Below are positions 36,635 to 44,100 of a stretch of 60,895 nucleotides of DNA, in pieces. The stretch lies in assembly GCA_045535715.1 (NCBI GenBank), contig JAZSME010000070.1:1-60895 (forward strand), given 5' to 3'. The notes beneath the pieces are model-generated. The model made no database searches, had not been told where the DNA came from, and saw only the letters and a list, made by a program, of their open reading frames with translations. Made by a program: the position numbers and the translations under genes. This DNA comes from Ruminococcus sp. (GTDB lineage Bacteria; Bacillota; Clostridia; Oscillospirales; Acutalibacteraceae). The first letter of the stretch is position 1; each line of letters opens with the position of its first letter.

Positions 36635-37858
36635 TTATCTCAGCTTTGACCCGCAAGCGGGACAGTAGGAAGCCGTCGCCTTCACCGAGCTTCCGCAGGT
36701 GGGACAGATTTTGTTCTGATTTACCTTTGGAGCAGAGGGCGCAGAAGGAGCAGAATATCTCGACTCGGAACTCTTATTTATGGTCGTATGGCAACAGGGA
36801 CAGTACTTTGTTCCCTCAGCCACACTTGTGCCGCAGGAGGGGCAGAACACCCTCTTCTGAGAACGCTCGGGCTCAAGGAAATTGAGATGAGGCTTCGGGG
36901 GTCTGGGGATATCTTCGTGTACGGGCTTCGGTCTTGGGGGCTCGGTGAGTCTCTGAGAGCAAACCTTACAGTAGGACGCATCCGCTGAGTTGGTGGCTCC
37001 GCAACCGGGGCACTGAACTACGGATGTAACGCGGGGAGCTGAAGGTGTCACAGCATAAGGCTCAACCTTTGAGGTCTCCTCTTCATCATCCACAAAATTA
37101 AACTCGTCCTTGTTGCGCTCCTTGAATATGCAGAAAAGCTCCTCAAGGAGTTCTTCGTCCTCAATGTCATAGAAGGAGTCCTCTTCCTCCTCGTCCATCT
37201 CGAGAATCAGAACGCTGGAGGTACCCTCCTCCTCGGTGGGCAAAAATACCGCAAAGACAGCTTCATCGTACTCGATGCAGTCAATGAGCTCATACTCAAC
37301 TTCGTTTCCGTTCTCGTCCTCGAAGCAGTAAAAGCCCTCCTCCTCATCGGCATAGCCTTCGTCGTACTCCTCAGCCTCTTCCTCAAAAGCAGGCTCAGCT
37401 TCGAACGCTTCAAGGGTTTTCTCCTCGGCCTTTACAGCAGGCGAGTAAGCTTCTCCCTTTGTGTGAATGCTCACCGCACTGAGCACCTGACTTATCTCGT
37501 AGGAGTCTTCGTCAAAATTCTCAATGGGAATTATCTGCTTGTTGTGTATATAGAAGAAGAAGGAATCGTTGAGCTCAACCTCTTCAAGCTGTATGGTAAC
37601 AATGGTTTTTTTGAAGGTGAGGGTAGCAAGCTCCACCTCAGAGTCAACCGCCTCGGATGCCTGAGAATCGTTGCTCAGAAGAAGCACAAAGCAGCTGCAA
37701 TCCCTGATTCCTCTTGTGATGGTCGCCGCATATTTACTTCCTGCGGGAATGTTGTAAGGCGCCATCCATGTGTCGATTCCGTGCCTTGTAAAGAGGTTGC
37801 GGACTTTGTCCGCAGCTTCCATATTCTTTGTGCTGTAACTTATAAAAGCGTATCCCAT
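36635..37858 (-). CDS. TIR domain - DUF1292-like - triple double-zinc-ribbon fusion protein
   Basis: AFISYS...W...IPAG..Y...I..GI..C..FVLLLS..S..S..V..EVELA (TIR); EDENGNEVEYELIDCIEY...FKERNKDEFNF (DUF1292-like); three CxxC-x10-CxxC ribbons. Confidence 0.85.
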   Translation of the reverse strand: MGYAFISYSTKNMEAADKVRNLFTRHGIDTWMAPYNIPAGSKYAATITRGIRDCSCFVLLLSNDSQASEAVDSEVELATLTFKKTIVTIQLEEVELNDSFFFYIHNKQIIPIENFDEDSYEISQVLSAVSIHTKGEAYSPAVKAEEKTLEAFEAEPAFEEEAEEYDEGYADEEEGFYCFEDENGNEVEYELIDCIEYDEAVFAVFLPTEEEGTSSVLILEMDEEEEDSFYDIEDEELLEELFCIFKERNKDEFNFVDDEEETSKVEPYAVTPSAPRVTSVVQCPGCGATNSADASYCKVCSQRLTEPPRPKPVHEDIPRPPKPHLNFLEPERSQKRVFCPSCGTSVAEGTKYCPCCHTTINKSSESRYSAPSAPSAPKVNQNKICPTCGSSVKATASYCPACGSKLR

Positions 37859-38222
37859 TTCTTTTCACCACTTGAACTTTTCTGACTTATTCTTCAGTCA
37901 GAGAGGGACACAAAACTGCCTTGCTCTCTGCTGTATTGATTTCATAATAAAGAATCATCTTCGGGACAAAAACCCTATTTTTTATTATAGCATATATGTC
38001 AAGCAAATCGAAAGAGGATTCCGAATATACACTCTGCTGAATTTTTCTGTGGTTTTTTTGTAAAAATACACAAAAGTTACGCTTTATATATAAAATTTTT
38101 ATTATAAGTTGAAAATATATGATATTTATGCTAAACTTTATTGTGACTATATATTATCGTGCAGAAGAGGACTCTCTTTCCTTTTCGGCACTTCGGGGCA
38201 AAGCCCCCTAAGGAGGAACAAA

Positions 38223-40859
38223 ATGCGTACGGACAAACTATCTTCAAAGAGAATCCTTTCTCTGATTCTCGTTTTCCTGATGCTCATCTCCCTTTCCATT
38301 CCCGGCTTCAGCGCCTCTTCGGCTGAAACTAAGACCCTTTACTTCTCCTCAAACGGCTACTGGGATAAATTCTTCGCCCTCTATGCCTTTGATGACAATT
38401 ACGATGAGGGTCAGTGGTTTTCCCTTTCTCCCGTAAGCGGTGAAGAGGATGTTTTCAGCGCAGATATCCCTGCTGACTTTGACAACGTGATTTTCTGCAG
38501 CAGATCAAAGCTCAGCTTCGACTGGAACTACGTCGTCAACAAAACCGACGCTCTCACCATTCCCGAAAACTGCAATCACCTGAAGCTTAGCGGTGTGAAC
38601 ACCGCCCTTTGGGATAAATACATTGCCGAGGGCAAGGAGCTCATCTATCTCGCTCCCTGCAAGGAGTGGATGGACCTTCAGTACATAAGCGGTCACGGCT
38701 TTGTGCTTCACGCATTCTCAGCTCAGGACACAGAGGGAGTCTGGGTTGAGATGGAGCAGGTAAAGGGAGGCTTCGGCGCCTACCCCGCCACCTTCTGCAC
38801 CGAGATCGACAGCAAATACAACGAAATGGAATTCTGCAGAGTGGAATTTCTCGCCGAGGAAGGCACCTTCACCATCTGGGAGAAATCCTACACTCAGACC
38901 CAGCCTGAGGATATGAACCTCTTCACTCAGGATGAAAGCGCAAAAAGCGGAAGCTGGAGCTTCACAGAGTATATTGAGCCCGAGACCCCCGAGGTCACCG
39001 AGCCTGAGGAAATTCCCACTCTCCCTGAAGGCTCCGACCCCGCGGAAAAGCCCGAAAGCACAAAGACCATTTTCTTCAGCTCCAACGAAGCGTGGAAGGA
39101 AACTGTTTCCTCCAGCATCGGCAGAATTTCTGCCTTTGCAGGCATCAGCGGCAGCGACGAGGGCACATGGTACTGGCTCTCCCCCTCTCCCGTAAACGAG
39201 GCTGAGTACTCCCTTGAGATCGATTCAAAGTATGATACCATCTCCTTCGGAATCACTTTCAGCTCCGATTACGAGAATCAGTGGGTCACCACAGGAGACC
39301 TTACCATTCCCGAAGACAGCAACCACTTCACACAGTCAGAGGAGAATGAGACCGAAGGCACATGGAGCAACATCACCTTCGATAATTCAAAATACTTCTC
39401 CGTTTCCTTTATTGATGCTGACGGCAAGCTCATAAGCGCTCAGGCTGTAAAGGAAGGAACCTCTGCCACCGCTCCTGAGGCTCCCGAAAAGGAAGCCGAC
39501 GCTCAGTACACCTACAAGTTCGTCGGCTGGGACACAGATTTCTCAAAGATTTACGAAGATACCATTGTTAAGGCACTCTTCACCAAGACAATAAATAAAT
39601 ATCAGGTCAGCTTCAAAGACTACAACGGCAATCTGCTTTCAGTTGTCACCGTTGAGTACGGCAAAGCTGCCACAGCACCCGAAAATCCTGTTCGCGTAGG
39701 CTACACCTTCAAGGGATGGGACACAAGATTTGACGCAGTTTATGAGGACCTGACAGTTACCGCTATGTATTCAAAAATAGTTGAGCCCCTTACAAAGGGC
39801 ACTCTTGAGGTTGAAGTGGCAGGCGGCACAGGCTTTGACATCGCCATCTCAGGCGGTGCTACCCGTCCTCAGGGCACCTTCTATGTGAACACAAAGATGG
39901 CTATTGCCGCAACAGTAATTATCACGGCGAAAACCACCAACAGCAATACATTCATCGGCTGGATAAACGAAAACGGGCTCCTTGTTTCCACAAAGCCCAC
40001 CTACACCTTCGTTACAACAGGCAACGACTACTTACGTGCAGTTTACGAAACAGACATTGAGGACGCTGTGCTTGTTACCTTCAAAAACGACAAGGCAAAT
40101 CAGATTCTCGATTCTCAGCATTATATGGAGGGTGACGAGGTCTTCTTCCCCGAGCTTCCCACAAACGCCACTCACCTTGCCACAGGCTGGTCTATGAGCG
40201 CAGAGGAAATCGAAACCGCAATCAGGGAAGGCCGAAACGTAACCGTTGTTCCCAGATGGGAGAAAATACAGATTTATGTTACTGTCAGCGTCACAGGCGG
40301 TACAGCCCAGGGACTCACCGAGGGCAAGAGCCTCCGCTATGGTGAAGTAAAGGTTTCGGCAGACAACGCTCCTCAGAACCAAAAGTTTGCTTACTGGGTA
40401 AATCAAAACGGTAAAGTGGTAAGCTACAAGTCCGATTACACCTTCTATCCCGCTGAGGACACAAGCCTCACCGCAGTTTACGTCAAGGAATCCGAAACTA
40501 TCGGCTACGAGGTTCTCCAGAGCATTATGATGGACACCTCCTCAGAGGATAAGGACATAAACACAGTATTCCTTTCCTGGGAAGTTCCCGAGGGCTCAGG
40601 CATCACCTTTGTTCAGGCAGGCGCACTCCTTGTCAACAGCGAAAAGTATGACGAGACCACCTTCTACAAGGGCACACCTGACACAAACGTTACAAAGTGG
40701 ACACCCGCAAGCACAAACCAGATTTCTTCAAAGACCATCACAGTTAACAAGAAGGGCGTTGAAATCGGAAGCACCTGGTACATTCAGGGCTGGATAACAT
40801 ATACCGTAAACGGTGAAACAGTAACCACTTACACCGACCTTGTAAGCGTTACAAAGTAA
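38223..40859 (+). CDS. Secreted multi-domain protein: three CBM26/starch-binding-like modules, InlB B-type repeats, unknown C-terminal region
   Basis: Start ATG 38223 behind AAGGAGG; signal peptide; three T(L/I)(Y/F)F..N..W...W modules; V.F.D.DG...Y(K/T)F.GWD repeats; no catalytic motif recognised. Confidence 0.75.
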   Translation: MRTDKLSSKRILSLILVFLMLISLSIPGFSASSAETKTLYFSSNGYWDKFFALYAFDDNYDEGQWFSLSPVSGEEDVFSADIPADFDNVIFCSRSKLSFDWNYVVNKTDALTIPENCNHLKLSGVNTALWDKYIAEGKELIYLAPCKEWMDLQYISGHGFVLHAFSAQDTEGVWVEMEQVKGGFGAYPATFCTEIDSKYNEMEFCRVEFLAEEGTFTIWEKSYTQTQPEDMNLFTQDESAKSGSWSFTEYIEPETPEVTEPEEIPTLPEGSDPAEKPESTKTIFFSSNEAWKETVSSSIGRISAFAGISGSDEGTWYWLSPSPVNEAEYSLEIDSKYDTISFGITFSSDYENQWVTTGDLTIPEDSNHFTQSEENETEGTWSNITFDNSKYFSVSFIDADGKLISAQAVKEGTSATAPEAPEKEADAQYTYKFVGWDTDFSKIYEDTIVKALFTKTINKYQVSFKDYNGNLLSVVTVEYGKAATAPENPVRVGYTFKGWDTRFDAVYEDLTVTAMYSKIVEPLTKGTLEVEVAGGTGFDIAISGGATRPQGTFYVNTKMAIAATVIITAKTTNSNTFIGWINENGLLVSTKPTYTFVTTGNDYLRAVYETDIEDAVLVTFKNDKANQILDSQHYMEGDEVFFPELPTNATHLATGWSMSAEEIETAIREGRNVTVVPRWEKIQIYVTVSVTGGTAQGLTEGKSLRYGEVKVSADNAPQNQKFAYWVNQNGKVVSYKSDYTFYPAEDTSLTAVYVKESETIGYEVLQSIMMDTSSEDKDINTVFLSWEVPEGSGITFVQAGALLVNSEKYDETTFYKGTPDTNVTKWTPASTNQISSKTITVNKKGVEIGSTWYIQGWITYTVNGETVTTYTDLVSVTK

Positions 40860-40890
40860 CCGCCAGCTTCCCCTAAATATTATTAAAACC

Positions 40891-40932
40891 ACTCCTCACA
40901 GATTCTTCAGAGTCTGTGGGGAGTTTTTTTTC
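40891..40932 (+). terminator. Intrinsic terminator
   Basis: ACTCCTCACAGA/TCTGTGGGGAGT stem plus T8. Confidence 0.8.
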
Positions 40933-41172
40933 GATTTATCCTGACATTTTTCCCCATATCTGCCAAAGAAAAAAAGGCTTTTATCCTCATATTCTTCGTC
41001 TCTTTGCCGAAACTCCGATACTAAAGATGTACAAATGTAACAAAATTACAAAATAGTGACAATTTGTGAATAATTTGTAGGTAATTTTGTTGATTTCTTT
41101 TGGTATTTATAGTATATTTATAATGTATATTTGTGCAATAAATACACTTGTGTATTTTTCAGGAGGATTTTT

Positions 41173-44100
41173 ATGAAGTGCAGTATTTTCAGACGAGTTT
41201 TTTCCGTTCTGCTGGTGATTTGTTTGCTGCTCACCGCCATTCCTTTTGCTGCTCCTTTGATGGAGGTCTCAGCGGTAAGCGGTGTCAATTCTCTCACCTG
41301 CGCGGGATTTATCTCTAACGCAACCGCCAGAAACTACATCGACACAATGATGCGGTACTACATCAACAGCAGTTCCACCCTGCAGTCAACTCTCGACAAC
41401 GGCAACTCCGTTGTCTTTATGTTCGAGGGCGGCTCCGACAACTACTGGAACGGTACCACCTACTCTGACAACGACTACTCCTACCGAACTCAGGCTGTGT
41501 GTATCGTAGTCAAGAAGAATTCCGCAGGCAATGCGTACATCGACTACTACTGCGAAAACAGCTCCTCTATTCCTGCTGAGCCCAGCTGGTGTACCAACGG
41601 TGTAGCATATTCAGGCTCCACCACCCTCATGGACGGCACCTACGCCTTCTACACATGGAACCACACAGGCCCCTACGCCGCTTTCCAGATTGACCTTTCA
41701 AGCTCAAGCGGCTACTGCTACTACACCCCCACAGCCAACCCCAACGGCTACAAGGCAGGCGCCAGCGGTATCAATATCCACACCCGTTCCACAGCCTACA
41801 ACGGCGGAAGCTCCATCGGTTGGGCATGGTCCGAGGGCTGTCAGGTTATCGGCTACGGCAACGATTCCTCCAACGAATTCAATGCCTTTATGAAGTCGGT
41901 TACAGGCATCACATGGAACCCCTGGATCTCCTGGACAAACAAGACCCTCAACACCTGGGGAACAACAGGTACATATAAGGGCTACTTTGTTGTTGACCGT
42001 CAGCTGGGTATGATCGGCACAAACGGCACTCAGTACGGTACAGGTTCTCTTATCAATCTCTACAATACAACTGCACTTACAAATATCACAGCAAAGTCCA
42101 CCGCCGCACGCAAAGCAGCAGGTATAACTGAGGTTACTGACTATGTATCACAGTGTACCTTCTATCCTGCTTACGGCAAGCTCACCTGCACAGGTACTGA
42201 CGTCTGGTCAAGAACCCTCCCCTGCTACGCAAGCGTTAACTCCTCCACCGCCGCGATCTCCGTCTTCAATAAGGGAGATGTCCTCACCTGCACAGGTCTT
42301 GTGAAAAACACCGTAGGCGAGTACTGGTACAGAGTTCAGGGCTCAAACGGCTCGAACCTCTACATCCGAGCGGCCTATATGGACTTTACCGAAGAGTATC
42401 TTTCCGACATCACCCTGAAGAATCACACCAAACCCAACGGACACGTTTATGATACGGGCTTCGTGGTAGACGGCACCATCAGCACCACCTACAACAAGCT
42501 CACCGCAGTTTCGGCCTATGTTCACACAGGCTTCGGAACAAACGGCGCCACAAGTACGGGACACAGAGTCACCGTCAGCAACAACACCTATAATCTCTCG
42601 GGAAGTACAGTTGACTCCAACGTCTGGATGAACGTTGTGCCTCAGGGCCCCAACACCATGGCCATAAAGGCAGAGTATATCAACTACTATGTCCTAAACG
42701 ACACAACCCTGAAATCCAACACAGGCACAGTACTGCTTGCGGAGGACTACTTCATGGTAATTCCTGCTTCCGCAAATCAGAGCTCCTGCTCACATACCTA
42801 TCAGAGCTATGTTGTGGGCGGAGGAAGCGTAAGCTGTACCGCCACAGCAAAGACGGTAAAGGCCTGCACCACCTGCGGACTTATTGCAAGCATCACCGAC
42901 TCACCGGGAAGCCACTCCTTCTCTGACTGGGTAATTACCGAGGCCACCTGCACCACCTCAGGCTCAAAGGTTCGCACCTGCACAGCCTGCTCAGAAAAGG
43001 AAACAGTTGAAATTCCCAAGACAGGTCACGACTACTCAGCCGTCACCATAGCTCCCACCTGCCTTGACTACGAAAAGACAGTTTATACCTGCAAGCACTG
43101 CAAGGACTCCTACACAGAAGTAAAGACTCCCGGTTACTCAGAGTGGACTTACACCAAGCCCGAGGGTATCGACGAGAGCCTTATGGAGACAAAGACAGAA
43201 TACAGATACTCTGACTACGAGGAAATCAAGAACAGCTCCGCCTCCACCTCAGGCTACACTCAGGTAAACAAAGAGTGGAAGGAAAGCAAGACAGGAACTG
43301 TTTACTATGTTCCCTCATGGCCTTCAGGCTTTGACAAGACCAGCAGTATTTACAATGAATACAACGGCACCAAGAAAACAGCCTCAGAGACCGCTGACGC
43401 AAAGACGGTCATAAATTCCGACGGCCTTAACGGCTATCTCTACTACCATTGGTGCTATCAGGACTCCTACTATTCTCTGAGCTCGAAAAACGGCAGCTAC
43501 ACCATCTTCCATGCTTACTATGCAACCGGTAATCCCTCAAATTACCCCTGTGACACCAGCGATATGTCCTACAAAACAGGCAACACCGCCTGCTGCACAA
43601 ACTCCGACTGGTACTTTGTCACCAACGTAAACGCTCAGAAGTACACAGAATACACCGCCCTTTACACCCACGCAAGATGGACGGACTTCACCGAGTGGAG
43701 CGAAACTCCCGCCACCGCCTCTGACACCAGACGGGTGGAGACACGCACCAAGTACAGATACTACATAGATTCCCCTCTGGGAGACCACAACTACGTAAAC
43801 GGAATCTGCGACCTCTGCGGTAAAAATGAAGCCTCCGACTCCATGTATCTCTTCGGCTTCATCAACGGCGCTGACTACGGCTACGGCGATGATTCAGCCA
43901 CTATCGGCATCTACAAATTCACCGACGGAAAGCTCACTGCCTCCTTCAGCACAGACTCCTATGTAGGCGTTAAGAAGGGCGACAACTCAGCATGGTTTAT
44001 GGCAACCGAGTATCCGGGTGACAACGCAACCTCCATAGTACTTCAGAATGCCGATGGCATTGCAAATCCCGAGAAACTCCGCGTTCCCAGAGGAAAAGAA

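Noticed and set aside
38109-38222. N-terminal extensions in the ORF track (also 9152, 25759, 27325, 28686, 41131, 58701, 59295)
   Set aside because: Downstream starts have clear RBSs and give proper signal peptides or family N-termini.
41025-41095. WalR-like TGTWAH boxes upstream of the giant cell-wall enzymes
   Set aside because: Several TGT(A/T)A half-sites exist, but none forms a clean N5-spaced pair in this AT-rich region.
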